The notes under the pieces are model-generated. The model saw nothing but the letters and a program-made list of their open reading frames with translations. It had not been told where the DNA came from and searched no databases. Shown here piece by piece: positions 37,305-47,101 of a stretch of 64,000 nt of DNA. A program made the position numbers and the translations under genes. Each line of letters begins with the position of its first letter. The first letter of the stretch is position 1. Source of the DNA: an uncultured Solirubrobacteraceae bacterium (GTDB lineage Bacteria; Actinomycetota; Thermoleophilia; Solirubrobacterales; Solirubrobacteraceae); contig CAVXYO010000001.1 in NCBI GenBank assembly GCA_963766105.1, positions 10,619 to 74,618 of the forward strand. The letters run 5' to 3'.

Positions 37305-38875
37305 CGGCGAGCCTGCAGCGCCCGCGCCAGCGCGTAGGAGCCGTAGACGATCAGCAGCGCGGCGAGCTGTGCGCCGATGCCCTGCCACGTCGCGTACGCG
37401 CCGAGCCACTGCCCCCACCACGGTTGGAGCGTGAAGCCGGTCGGCGTGCTCGGCACCCAGCCGAGCCCCTGCAGGCTGTGCACGGTCGTGCCGACCATCA
37501 CGCCGAGCACCAGCCCGATCAGGATGCCGGTGGCGATGAGCATTTTCCTGTACGGGAGCTTGCGCTCGAGCTTGAAGGTGACGAAGCCGACGGCGAACGT
37601 CGCGCCGAGGCCGATGAGGATGCCCAGCGCGGTCGCCCCGCCGCCGGCGCTGACCTGCAGGTTCTGCAGGAACAGCACCGTCTCGAAGCCCTCGCGATAC
37701 ACGCTCGTCAGCCCGAGCAGGCCGAAGCCGAGGAGCTCGCCGGAGAGGAAGCCGAGGCGATCGACGCGCTCCAGCGCGCGCCGGCGCTTGTGAAAGCGCC
37801 CGAGCCACTCGCTCCAGTAGACGCGATGGAAGAACCAGTTGGTCACGAGCAGCAGAACGGCGATCGCTATCAGCCCGGTGATCGCCTGCAAACGCAGGCC
37901 GCCGTCGCCGAGCGCGTCGACGAGCGCCTGCGCGAGCGCGTACGTCAGCGCCGTGGCGCCGAGGCCGGCGAGCGCCCCGAGCAGCACCGGCCGGCGCAGC
38001 CTGCGGCGCTCGCCGACGAACGATGCGGTGATCGCGGCGAGGATCAGCACCGCCTCCAGGCCCTCGCGAAAGACGATCACGGCGGCGTCGGCGACGACCG
38101 TGTCCTTGCCGATCGTGCGGTCGCCGAGCACCGTCGCAGCCGTGTCCACACCCGCCTGCGCACGCTCGTTCGCGCGCCCGACCTCCTCCGCGCCCGCACC
38201 TGTGCTCAGCGCCGCGATCAGCCCCGGCTCGTGGCGGCCCTGGCGCCAGAAGGCATCGTCCACGCTGCTCGCGACGGCCGGCTCGCGCGCGCTCAGGCGC
38301 TTGCCGGGACCGGCCGCGTAGAGCGCGTAGGCCTCTGCCGCGAACGTCGTCGCTCGCGACCTGCGCCCGTTGCCGTCCGCTTCGCGCGAGTCGCCGAGCA
38401 GCGCGTCGATCGACGCGTAGGGCGTCGACGCGGGCGCTCGCCGCGGGCTCACGGCCAGCCCCGCCTGCGTGAGCTGTGCGCTCACGCGCCGGGCGAGCGT
38501 ATCGACCGACAACGGCACGGGCCATGGCTGCAGGCGCTCGCGCGTCGCGCCGAGAGCGCCCGACAGCTCGCGCGTGCCGCTCGCCGCCGCGTCGAGCCGG
38601 CCACGCGCGGCGCTCGGGCGCCAGAGCACGACCTGCTGCGCCAGCGCGGCGGCCATCGTCCGCACGCGCGCTGCCCCGGCGAGGTCGTGCGTGGCGTCGG
38701 CGGCCCGGTAGGTCGCGGCGAGCACGTCCAGCAGCGCGTACGTCGCGTCCACCTCGCGCGTGGCCGGGGCGCCGGCCGTCCCGGCGCCCGCCGCAGCGGG
38801 CGCGCCGGCAGCGATCGGCGACAGCGCCGCACACACGCCGAGCAGCAGCAGGCGGGTGCGAGGCGGTGTTCGCAA
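37253..38875 (-). CDS. FTR1-family iron permease with a long N-terminal extracytoplasmic domain
   Basis: Signal-like N-terminus, ~250 aa soluble region, then TMs with FREGLEA and YREGFET motifs. Confidence 0.85.
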   Translation of the reverse strand: MRTPPRTRLLLLGVCAALSPIAAGAPAAAGAGTAGAPATREVDATYALLDVLAATYRAADATHDLAGAARVRTMAAALAQQVVLWRPSAARGRLDAAASGTRELSGALGATRERLQPWPVPLSVDTLARRVSAQLTQAGLAVSPRRAPASTPYASIDALLGDSREADGNGRRSRATTFAAEAYALYAAGPGKRLSAREPAVASSVDDAFWRQGRHEPGLIAALSTGAGAEEVGRANERAQAGVDTAATVLGDRTIGKDTVVADAAVIVFREGLEAVLILAAITASFVGERRRLRRPVLLGALAGLGATALTYALAQALVDALGDGGLRLQAITGLIAIAVLLLVTNWFFHRVYWSEWLGRFHKRRRALERVDRLGFLSGELLGFGLLGLTSVYREGFETVLFLQNLQVSAGGGATALGILIGLGATFAVGFVTFKLERKLPYRKMLIATGILIGLVLGVMVGTTVHSLQGLGWVPSTPTGFTLQPWWGQWLGAYATWQGIGAQLAALLIVYGSYALARALQARRYRRPPRDPANLSPIAS

Positions 38876-38915
38876 GGCGCGCGAACGTGGGCGTAGGGCG
38901 CCGATTGCCGTCTCC

Positions 38916-40043
38916 CTAGGCGCCGGTGACCTTCGCCGCGACGGTCGACAGCGGTTCGTCGAGCGCCGCGACCTCGGCGGCGAGCTTCTGCCGGTCCGGC
39001 TGGGTCAACTCGCCGTAGGGCGCGAAGCCGAGCGGCGTGTCGCGCCTGTAGGAGTCCAGGCCGCGCTGCACGCCGGCGAAGCGCCGTTCGATCGTCTGAA
39101 CGAGGGCGGCGTTGCCCGTCTGTCGCAGCGCCGGGCGCAGCAGCTCGAACGCCTTGCGCGAGCCGGCGAGGTTGCCCTGGAAGTCGGACAGGTCGGTGTG
39201 CGAGTAGCGGTCCTCCTCGCCGGTGATCTTCGAGTTGGTGACCTCGTTCATCAGCTCGACGGCACCGTTGGCAAGCTGCGCGGGCTGAAGCGCGAGCGCC
39301 GTGACCTTGCGCTGCAGCGTGCGCACGTCGCGCAACAGCTTGGCGGCGTAGGACTCGGTCCCGCGCGTGGTGCCCTGCTGCCAGAGCGTGCGCTCGATGC
39401 GGTGAAAGCCCGTCCATTCGCCTTCGTGTTCGACGTCGTTGATGCGCGCGTCGATTTCCGGGTCGAGCTTGCCGAAGCTCTCGGCGACCGGCTCGATCGC
39501 CTCGTAGTGCTCGCGCACGGGACCGAACAGCGCCTTGGCGCGCGCGAGGTCGCCCGCTCGAAGCGCCGCCACGAACCGCTCGGTCCCGGCCGCCAGCAGC
39601 GCGACTTCGCCTTCGACGTAGCGCTTGTAGGCGGCGGTCGCCTGCGTGAGCAGCGCCGTCGAGGCCGCGTCGGTCTTGACCTGCGCGGTCCCCGTTGCCT
39701 GCAGCGTTCCCTGGTCTTCGCTGTCGCCGCTGGGGCAGTTGACGACGTAGGAGCCGGGAGCGAGGTTCAGCGAGAACTTGCCGTGCAGGCCTTCGACGAC
39801 GTTCTCGGACTCGCCGAGGATCACGCCGGAGGCGTTCTTCAGCTCCATCTCGGAGACCTTGGAGGTGCCGCCGTTGGCGACCTCGAAGGTGACCGCGCCG
39901 GCGGCGACGCTGATGTGCTCGGGCGTGCAGCCGCCGTCGGTCAGCGTCACCGCGACCGACCTGCCGCTCTTGCTGGCCGAGCTGCCGCACGCCGTCAGCG
40001 TGAGGGCCGCGATGGCACCGACGACGAGGGCTCCTCTGATCAT
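38916..40043 (-). CDS. efeO: Iron uptake lipoprotein EfeO (cupredoxin-like + imelysin/M75 domain)
   Basis: Lipobox LTAC, V.EME.KN..G.ILGE.EN, HYEAIEPVAESF, GFHRIE, KITGEEDRYSHTDLSDF. Confidence 0.93.
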   Translation of the reverse strand: MIRGALVVGAIAALTLTACGSSASKSGRSVAVTLTDGGCTPEHISVAAGAVTFEVANGGTSKVSEMELKNASGVILGESENVVEGLHGKFSLNLAPGSYVVNCPSGDSEDQGTLQATGTAQVKTDAASTALLTQATAAYKRYVEGEVALLAAGTERFVAALRAGDLARAKALFGPVREHYEAIEPVAESFGKLDPEIDARINDVEHEGEWTGFHRIERTLWQQGTTRGTESYAAKLLRDVRTLQRKVTALALQPAQLANGAVELMNEVTNSKITGEEDRYSHTDLSDFQGNLAGSRKAFELLRPALRQTGNAALVQTIERRFAGVQRGLDSYRRDTPLGFAPYGELTQPDRQKLAAEVAALDEPLSTVAAKVTGA

Positions 40044-40939
40044 GCTCGCTCCGTTCTCGTTTGCTGGGTTTCACTCCATGAAGATTTCGATGAGGCGCTT
40101 ACGCGCCCGGATTGGCCGGTCGGTGGCTTGGCCGGGGCGCGGCGCTGCGGCCACAGCACGAACGCGAGCATCGGCACGGCGTAGGCGAGGTAGGCGCCGG
40201 CCTCGCCGTACGTCGGCAGCGGCTGCAGGCCGAGCATTCCCGTCAACAGCGACGACGTGACGGTGCCGGGCACGACCAGCCAGCTGAGATCGAGCGCCTG
40301 ACCCTGCAGGCCGTTGAACCAGCCGCCCTCATGTGCGGTGTGCACCGCCGTGGCGAGCAGCCCGCCGGCGATCAGCACGAGAAAGACGGCCGTGACCTTG
40401 AAGAAGCGCGCGAGGTCGATGCGAATGCCTCCGCGATAGAGCCCAGCGCCGACGACGACCGCGGTGAGGATCCCCAGCAGCGCGCCGAAGCCCGCGGCGA
40501 GCGCGTTGCCCGACGCCTGGAACGCCGCGAGCAGGAACACGGCGGTCTCCAGGCCCTCGCGCAGAACCGCGAAGAACGCCATCGCGACGAGCCCGGCCAC
40601 CGAGCCGGCGGCGAGCGCCGCCGCCGCATTGCGCTCGATCTCCCCGCGCAGCCCGGCGGCGTTGCGGCGCATCCACACGATCATGAAGCTGACGATCGCC
40701 ACAGCGCACAGGCCGACGACGGTCTCGAGCTGCTCCTGCTCGGCCTGCGGCAGCTGTTCGTCGAAAAGCTGCAGGGCGATCCCGACGGCCGTGCACAGCA
40801 CAACGGCGAGCGCGACGCCGATCCACACGTAGCGCAGCGCCTCGCGGTTGCCCTGGCGGCGCAGGAACGCCGCGACGATGCTCACGATCAGCGCCGCCTC
40901 CAGCCCCTCGCGCAGACCGATCACGTACGTCGCGATCAA
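40040..40939 (-). CDS. efeU: Iron uptake permease EfeU (FTR1 family)
   Basis: IGLREGLEA and VLREGLET motifs, ~7 TMs, overlaps the efeO start. Confidence 0.92.
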   Translation of the reverse strand: MIATYVIGLREGLEAALIVSIVAAFLRRQGNREALRYVWIGVALAVVLCTAVGIALQLFDEQLPQAEQEQLETVVGLCAVAIVSFMIVWMRRNAAGLRGEIERNAAAALAAGSVAGLVAMAFFAVLREGLETAVFLLAAFQASGNALAAGFGALLGILTAVVVGAGLYRGGIRIDLARFFKVTAVFLVLIAGGLLATAVHTAHEGGWFNGLQGQALDLSWLVVPGTVTSSLLTGMLGLQPLPTYGEAGAYLAYAVPMLAFVLWPQRRAPAKPPTGQSGRVSASSKSSWSETQQTRTERA

Positions 40940-41039
40940 CGCTCGGTCCTCGGTGTGTCGTGTCGAATGGGCTGTTGTTGCGGGGTCATCTGGCGATATC
41001 CGAGCTGCAAGATCGAGAATGCGCGGCGCACCGTATCAT

Positions 41040-41059
41040 TAATTAGGGTTCCCTAATTA
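41040..41059. promoter_or_regulatory. Palindromic operator upstream of efeU, candidate metal-dependent repressor box
   Basis: TAATTAGGG-TT-CCCTAATTA, 9-bp perfect arms, strongly AT-rich for this genome, ~100 nt upstream of efeU. Confidence 0.7.
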
Positions 41060-41147
41060 GGCGACCCGAACTGCAGGTGCGATGAGGCACGCGACGCGGC
41101 GCGTGAGAATGGGGCGCGATGCTCGCGGCGGCGCTAGACTCGCGGTC

Positions 41148-41567
41148 ATGGCCGGTCCCGACGACGAGCTGTTCGGCGAGGAGCACGTCCGCGTCTATCG
41201 CGAGACCGGCGGCGAGCACGGCTACGAGTGGCGTGGCACGACGATCCTGCTGCTGAGCACCGTCGGGCGCAAGTCCGGCGAGCAGCGCACGACGCCGCTG
41301 ATCCACCGCACCGACGGCGAGCACTGGATCGTCGTCGCCTCCAAGGGCGGGGCCCCCGAGCACCCGAGCTGGTACGAGAACCTGCTGGCCGACCCCGACG
41401 CGACGATCCAGGTCAAGGGCGAGCGCATCGACGTGCGCGCTTCGACCGCCGCCGGCGCCGAGCGAGCCCGCCTGTGGTCGCTGATGGCCGAGGTGTGGCC
41501 CGCCTACGACGAATACCAGGCGAGGACCGACCGCGAGATCCCGGTCGTCGTCTTCGCGCGCCGCTGA
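41148..41567 (+). CDS. Deazaflavin (F420)-dependent nitroreductase-family oxidoreductase (Ddn-like)
   Basis: LLLSTVGRKSGEQRTTPL, VVASKGGAPEHPSWYENL.A.P, YQARTDREIPVV. Leaderless -10 TAGACT. Confidence 0.93.
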   Translation: MAGPDDELFGEEHVRVYRETGGEHGYEWRGTTILLLSTVGRKSGEQRTTPLIHRTDGEHWIVVASKGGAPEHPSWYENLLADPDATIQVKGERIDVRASTAAGAERARLWSLMAEVWPAYDEYQARTDREIPVVVFARR

Positions 41568-41570
41568 GCG

Positions 41571-41915
41571 CTAGCCGAGCTCGCCGGGGTCCGGCGGATT
41601 GGGGTCCAGCGCGCGCAGCGTGGCGGCGACGCGATGGACGACGACGTCGCTCGGGCGCGCCAGCAGCGGCCCGACCTGCTCGCGGTAGCGCCGGTAGTGC
41701 GGCGTCGAGTAGTGCGCGCTCAGCGCTGCCTCGCCGGCCCAGCCCGACAGCAGCACGAACTCCCCCGGCTGCTCGGCAGCGAGCACGAGGAAGCTCACGC
41801 ATCCGGGCTCCTCGCGGGCGCCCGCGGCCAGCTCGTCCAGCAGCACGCGCAGTTCCCGCTCACGTCCGGCGAGGCCGTGCAGCTCGGCGACGAGGAGGCG
41901 CTCGGGGTCGCTCAC
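41571..41915 (-). CDS. Antibiotic biosynthesis monooxygenase (ABM) domain protein
   Basis: REEPGCVSF, W..EAAL.AH..TPHY. Confidence 0.85.
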   Translation of the reverse strand: MSDPERLLVAELHGLAGRERELRVLLDELAAGAREEPGCVSFLVLAAEQPGEFVLLSGWAGEAALSAHYSTPHYRRYREQVGPLLARPSDVVVHRVAATLRALDPNPPDPGELG

Positions 41916-41921
41916 GAGCTC

Positions 41922-42623
41922 TCAGCCCACCCAGCGGTCCAGCAGCGGATCGGCTTCGGCTCCTTCGCGCATGCGCACGAGCGCCGCGGCGCGCAGGTCG
42001 CGCTTGGTGCGCGCGTAGACCTCCGGTGCGAGCGCGGCCAGGCGCGCGGCCACGTGCAGCGAGCGGTCGAGCACGTCGTCGGGCGCGAGCACCTCGTCGA
42101 ACACGCCGAGCCTCTCGCATTCGCCGGCGTCGGTGAGCTCTGAGCCGAGCGCGAGCACGCGCGCGGCCTGCGGGGTCAGCTCGGCCTGCGTGACGCCGAG
42201 CGCCGCCTGCGGGTAGGGCACGCCAACCTTCACCTCCGTCAGCCCGTAGCGCCCGGCACTGGAGGCGACGCGGATGTCCGTGCACAGCGCGAGCACGAGC
42301 CCGCCGGCGATCGCGTGCCCGGTGATCGCGCCGACGACCGGGAACTGCAGCTCGTACACGCCGAGCGCCATCTCGTTGATGCCGTCGACCATCTCGCGCT
42401 GCTGTGCCGGCCCGTAGCCGGGGACCGCCTTGAGGTCGGCGCCGGCCGAGAAGCAGCCCGGGCGCCCGGCGAGCACGAGCGCGCGCGGTGCGTCGGCCGC
42501 GACCTGTGCGACCGCGTCGACCAGCTCGCCCAGCAGCGTCACGTCCATCGCGTTGGCCGGCGGCCGGTCGATCGCCAGCACGACCACGCCGTCGTCATGC
42601 TCGTCGATGCTCACGTGGTCCAT
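41922..42623 (-). CDS. Enoyl-CoA hydratase/isomerase family protein
   Basis: IDRPPANAM, FSAGADL, GHAIAGGLVLALCTDIR, GLTEVKVG. Leaderless -10 TAGGCT. Confidence 0.93.
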   Translation of the reverse strand: MDHVSIDEHDDGVVVLAIDRPPANAMDVTLLGELVDAVAQVAADAPRALVLAGRPGCFSAGADLKAVPGYGPAQQREMVDGINEMALGVYELQFPVVGAITGHAIAGGLVLALCTDIRVASSAGRYGLTEVKVGVPYPQAALGVTQAELTPQAARVLALGSELTDAGECERLGVFDEVLAPDDVLDRSLHVAARLAALAPEVYARTKRDLRAAALVRMREGAEADPLLDRWVG

Positions 42624-42709
42624 CGGCGCAGCCTATTGAACGCGCCGAGGCGGTCGCCGGGCGGCGCCGTTGCCGAAGGCGCGCGCCTCGTCGCGGCTAG
42701 CATCGCCGC

Positions 42710-43354
42710 ATGACCGACGTTCGCGTGCTGCGCGTGTTCACCGACTGCAACGGAGCGTCGGGCAACCTGCTCGGTGTCGTGCGCGACGGCTCGCGCGAGC
42801 TCTCGCACGCGCGCCGGCAGGCGATCGCCGCTGCGCTCGGCTACTCGGAGACCGTGTTCGTCGAGCGCGGCGCGCGCGTGCAGATCTTCACGCCGGCGGC
42901 CGAGCTGCCGTTCGCCGGGCACCCGGCGGTCGGCGCGGCGTGGCTGCTGCGCGAGCCGGTGCTGCGCGTCGCGGCGGGCGACGTGGCCACGCGCGTAGAG
43001 GAGGATCGCGCGTGGGTGCTCGCGCGCGCCGAGTGGTGCCCGGCGTTCGAGCGGCGCCGGCTTGCCACGCCGGCCGACGTCGACGCCTTCGCGCCGCCGG
43101 CCCGCGGCAGCCTGCACGTGTGGGCGTGGGCCGACGAGCCGCGCGGGCGCATTCGCGCGCGTGTGTTCGCACCGGACCTCGGCGTCCCCGAGGACCCGGC
43201 CACCGGCTCTGCCACCGTCGCGCTGTGTGCCGAGCTCGGCCGTGCGATCGCCGTCGAGCAGGGACCGCGCTGTGAGATCGAAGCGCAGCCGCTCGCCGAC
43301 GGGCTGATCGAGCTCGGCGGGCGCGTGGCCGACGACGGCGTGCGCCGCCTCTAG
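42710..43354 (+). CDS. PhzF family isomerase/epimerase
   Basis: RVFTD...GNLLGVV, GYSETVF, IFTPAAELPFAGHP, EDPATGSA. Confidence 0.92.
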   Translation: MTDVRVLRVFTDCNGASGNLLGVVRDGSRELSHARRQAIAAALGYSETVFVERGARVQIFTPAAELPFAGHPAVGAAWLLREPVLRVAAGDVATRVEEDRAWVLARAEWCPAFERRRLATPADVDAFAPPARGSLHVWAWADEPRGRIRARVFAPDLGVPEDPATGSATVALCAELGRAIAVEQGPRCEIEAQPLADGLIELGGRVADDGVRRL

Positions 43355-43375
43355 CGCCGGGCCGCTCGCAGCCGC

Positions 43376-44578
43376 TCAGTCCTCGCGCGCCTGCTCGCGC
43401 GCGAAGCTCGCCTGGCGCTCGCGGATCGCCGCGTGGCGCTCGCCGAGCATCTCGCGAAACGTCTCGAACGCCGCGCGCTCGGCGAGCGCGTGGGCCTCGC
43501 GCAGCGAGAGCTTGCCCTTGCGCGCGGCCTTCCACGTCTGCTCGCCGGCCTTCGACGCGGCGCGCTTGGCCGCCTTGCGCTCGCTCGCCGAGGCGCGCTT
43601 GGCGGCCTGCTTCAGCTCGCGGTGGTCGCGCTTGCGGTCCTCGGCCTCCGACCCGCGCAGCTCCTGCCACGCCGCGCGCGCGTGCTTGAGCGCGTCGATC
43701 ACCTGCGTACGCGCCTCCTCCGCGGCGATCGCCGCCTCGCGCAGCTGCTTGCGCGTGCGCGCGCCCTGCGTCAAGAGGCCGAACGACCACAGACCGGTGT
43801 CGAGCATCCGCGCGGCACGCTCGAGGTCGTCGTTGACCGCCGCGCGCAGCTCCGCCCCGCGCAGGCCCGCTTCGATGTGACGGATGCGCGAGGCGTACTC
43901 GACCTCCAGCAGCCCGACGATCGCGCGCGCCGCGATCATCGGCTCCGGGTCGCGCGGATCGACCTCCGCGTGCTCGGCCAGCGCCTGCGTCGCGACCTCG
44001 ACGAGGCGTGCGTGCAGCGCCAGCCACGCCGCGTTCAGCGCCGGCGTCGCGGCGACCATCTCGCTGAACAGCGGCATGAACATGTGGATCGCATCGGGCA
44101 GCTCCTCCAGCTCCTCGGGCTCCTCGCTGAGCGCGCGCAGCATCGCCTTCGTCGGCGACTCGCCCGCGTCGCGCTCGCGCAGCGCCGCCGCCAGCCGCTC
44201 GACGCCTTCGTCGGCGCGGTCGAACACCAGCGACTCCTTCGTCGGGAAGTAGTTGAACACCGTCTTCTCCGACACGCCGACGATGCGCGCGATCTCGGAG
44301 ACCGTGACGTGCTCGAAGCCGCGCACCAGGAACAGCGTCGTGGCGACGTCGGAGATGCGCTGGCGCGTCAGGCGCTTCTTGCGCTCGCGCAGCCCCTCGC
44401 CAGGATGCCGGCGACGGGCGAGCCGCTCCTGCAGCACGCGCACCTGCGCAAATGCGTCGGCCATCTCCTCGCCGAGCTCCTGCGCGAGCAGCTTGTGGAT
44501 ACGCGCCGAGCTCGACAGCTCGTCAAAGCCGTCGCCTTCGTCCAGCGGCGCCGCCCCGCTGTCAGCCAAGCTCGCCAT
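43376..44578 (-). CDS. TetR/AcrR family regulator with N- and C-terminal extensions
   Basis: GLRERKKRLTRQRI...A..LF..RGFEHVTV.EIA..VGVSEKTVFNYFPTKE. Long charged helical tail. Confidence 0.88.
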   Translation of the reverse strand: MASLADSGAAPLDEGDGFDELSSSARIHKLLAQELGEEMADAFAQVRVLQERLARRRHPGEGLRERKKRLTRQRISDVATTLFLVRGFEHVTVSEIARIVGVSEKTVFNYFPTKESLVFDRADEGVERLAAALRERDAGESPTKAMLRALSEEPEELEELPDAIHMFMPLFSEMVAATPALNAAWLALHARLVEVATQALAEHAEVDPRDPEPMIAARAIVGLLEVEYASRIRHIEAGLRGAELRAAVNDDLERAARMLDTGLWSFGLLTQGARTRKQLREAAIAAEEARTQVIDALKHARAAWQELRGSEAEDRKRDHRELKQAAKRASASERKAAKRAASKAGEQTWKAARKGKLSLREAHALAERAAFETFREMLGERHAAIRERQASFAREQARED

Positions 44579-44641
44579 CGATCACATCTTAATATAAATC
44601 TTTAGTTGCACGATTTTTTCAGTTACTGTAGGATTCTCGCC

Positions 44642-45656
44642 ATGCCCGAGAACCCGAACCCCAGACGCACCCGCGATCGAGGCGCACGGCCTGACCAAGC
44701 GCTTCGGCGACTTCACCGCCGTCGACGCGCTCGACCTGCGCGTCGACACCGGTACCGTCGTGTCGCTGCTCGGGCCGAACGGCGCCGGCAAGACGACGAT
44801 GGTGCGGATGCTGGCCACGCTGCTGCGCCCCGACGCCGGCAGCGCGCGCGTCGCCGGCCACGACGTCGTCGCCGAAGCCGACCGCGTGCGCAGCACGATC
44901 TCGCTCACCGGCCAGTTCGCCGCGCTGGACAGGCACCTCACGGCGGAGGAGAACCTGCGCCTGATGGCCCGCCTGCGCGGACACCGGGGCCGCTCCGTGC
45001 GCGCGCTCGTCGACGGCCTGATCGAGCGCTTCGACATCGGCGAGTTCCGCGGCCGTCTGGTCAAGAACCTGTCCGGCGGCCAGCGCCGCCGCGTCGATCT
45101 CGCCGCCGGCCTGATCGACCGCCCGCAGCTGCTCGTGCTCGACGAGCCGACGACCGGGCTGGACCCGCGCAGCCGTCAGGTCGTGTGGGCGACCGTGCGC
45201 GAGCTCGTCGGCGAAGGCGTCACGCTGCTGCTGACCACGCAGTACCTCGATGAGGCCGACGCGCTCGCCGATCGCGTCGTGCTGATCGACCACGGTCGCG
45301 AGGTCGCCGCCGGGACGCCCGCGCAGCTGAAGGCGCAGGTCGGTGAGCAGCGCGTCGACGTGATCGCCGCCGACGGCGGCGCGCTCGACCGGCTCGCCGA
45401 GCTGCTCGGCGCGCAGTTCGACACGAGCGTCGCGCGCGAGCAGCGCACCGTCTCGGTGCCCGCGCCCGACGAGGCCGCCGACCTCGCGCGCGTCGCCGCG
45501 ATCGTGCGCGACAGCCGCGTCGCCGTCGACGAGGTCGCGCTGCGCCGCCCCACGCTCGACGACGCCTTCCTCGCGCTCACCGGTCACACGGCCGGCGAGG
45601 ACGGGGAGGCCGCCGCAGAGCCTGACCGCGAGCCGGCCCAGGAGGTGGCGGCATGA
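44642..45656 (+). CDS. ABC exporter ATP-binding subunit (DrrA-like); apparent +1 frameshift in CCCC at 44659-44662
   Basis: GPNGAGKTT, LSGGQRRR, VLDEPTTGLDP, LTTQYLDEAD. The ATG 44642 (7 nt after -10 TAGGAT) joins the ORF if one C is removed. Confidence 0.92.
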
Positions 45657-46492
45657 ACGCGAGCGCGCTCGCTCCCCACGCCTCCGCGCCCGGCCCGGAG
45701 GGCTTCGCCGCGCAGCGCTACATACGCGACACGCTGCTGCTGACCGCCCGCAGCCTGCGCGCGATCCCGCGCGTGCCCGAGCGACTGCTCGACGTGACGA
45801 TCCAGCCGATCGTCTTCATCCTGCTGTTCCTGTACGTGTTCGGCTCGGCGATCCACGTGCACGGGATCAGCTACAAGGACTACCTGTTCCCCGGCATCAT
45901 CGCCCAGTCGCTCGCCTTCGGGATCATCGGCGCCGGCGTCGCCACGTCCAACGACATGACCGAGGGGGTCGTCGATCGCTTCCGCTCGATGCCGATCAGC
46001 CGCCTGTCGATCATCACCGGGCAGGTCATGGGCCAGTTCTGCGAGGCGGCGCTGGGCATGACGATCGTCGTCGGCTTCGGCCTCGCGCTCGGCTGGCACC
46101 CGCACCTGACGCTCGCGCACGGCTTCGAGCTGGCCGGGCTGATGATCCTCGCGATGTTCGCCTTCACGTGGGCCGGCGTGCTGTTCGGGATGCTCGTGCG
46201 CTCACCCGACGCGATGCAGGGGATCGGCTTCATCGTGATCTTCCCGCTCAGCTTCATGGCCGGGACGTTCGTGCCGATCTCCGGCATGGACGCGGTCCCC
46301 CGGGCGATCGCCCAGTGGGACCCGATCTCCGCGCTCGTCGCCAGCGTCCGCGGGCTCACGCAGGGCACGCACTCGACCGGCTCCTGGCAGCTCGAACACC
46401 CGCAACTCGCGATGGCGCTGTGGTGCGTCGCGATCCTCGCGATCGCCATGCCGCTCGCGCTGCGGCGCTTCAACCGCACGCTCGCGGCCTGA
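45653..46492 (+). CDS. ABC-2 type permease (DrrB-like)
   Basis: QP..F.LLF.YVFG, D...G..DRFRSMP, six TMs. Confidence 0.92.
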   Translation: MNASALAPHASAPGPEGFAAQRYIRDTLLLTARSLRAIPRVPERLLDVTIQPIVFILLFLYVFGSAIHVHGISYKDYLFPGIIAQSLAFGIIGAGVATSNDMTEGVVDRFRSMPISRLSIITGQVMGQFCEAALGMTIVVGFGLALGWHPHLTLAHGFELAGLMILAMFAFTWAGVLFGMLVRSPDAMQGIGFIVIFPLSFMAGTFVPISGMDAVPRAIAQWDPISALVASVRGLTQGTHSTGSWQLEHPQLAMALWCVAILAIAMPLALRRFNRTLAA

Positions 46493-46525
46493 GCCGACGT
46501 TCGGCGCCGGCGCCGGAAGGCCGGC

Positions 46526-47101
46526 TCACGCGACGGGGAAGCGCGCCGCCCACGGCTCACGCTGCACGCGCGCGCCGTTGATCACGTATGCGATCAGCCG
46601 GTACCAGCCGGCGATCGCGAGCAGCTCGAGCAGCTGATCCTCGGCATAGCGGGCAGCGAGCTTGCGCCACAGCTCGTCGGAGACCGTCGCGGTGTCGTGC
46701 AGCTCGTCGCACAGCGCGATCAGCAGCGCGTCGTGCTCGCTCCACGCCGGGTCGCTCGCGTCGCCGTTGACGGTTGCCGCGAGCTGCTCGTCGCTGAGGC
46801 CGAGCGGCTTGCCGAATGCCAATGCGTGCACGCCCCACTCGTACTCCGCGCCGCTGCGCGCGCACGTGCGGTGGATGACGATCTCGCGCTCGCGCGGCGG
46901 CACGCGCCCGTGGCCGAGGATGCCGGCGCCGAGCGGGCGCATGCGCGCGGCGAGCTCGGCGTGCACGTTGAGCGTGCGAAACAGCTTCAGCGGCTCGGCG
47001 TCGCTGCCCGGAGGCATCCACTTGCGCAGCGACGCCTCCATCTCCGGTGCGTATGGCGGCTGCAACGGGGCGATGCGCGGCTGTGCGGCGATCTGCGACA
47101 T
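46526..47101 (-). CDS. Carboxymuconolactone decarboxylase/AhpD-like protein
   Basis: REREIVI.RT......YEWGVH, G.SDEQ, LCDELH, W..LA..Y...QL.EL. Confidence 0.85.
   Translation of the reverse strand: MSQIAAQPRIAPLQPPYAPEMEASLRKWMPPGSDAEPLKLFRTLNVHAELAARMRPLGAGILGHGRVPPREREIVIHRTCARSGAEYEWGVHALAFGKPLGLSDEQLAATVNGDASDPAWSEHDALLIALCDELHDTATVSDELWRKLAARYAEDQLLELLAIAGWYRLIAYVINGARVQREPWAARFPVA

Noticed and set aside
41571-43354. Phenazine or other secondary-metabolite gene cluster (PhzF, ABM, ECH)
   Set aside because: No phzE/phzD/phzB or PKS/NRPS genes are present, the genes are on mixed strands, and these families are common stand-alone housekeeping enzymes.
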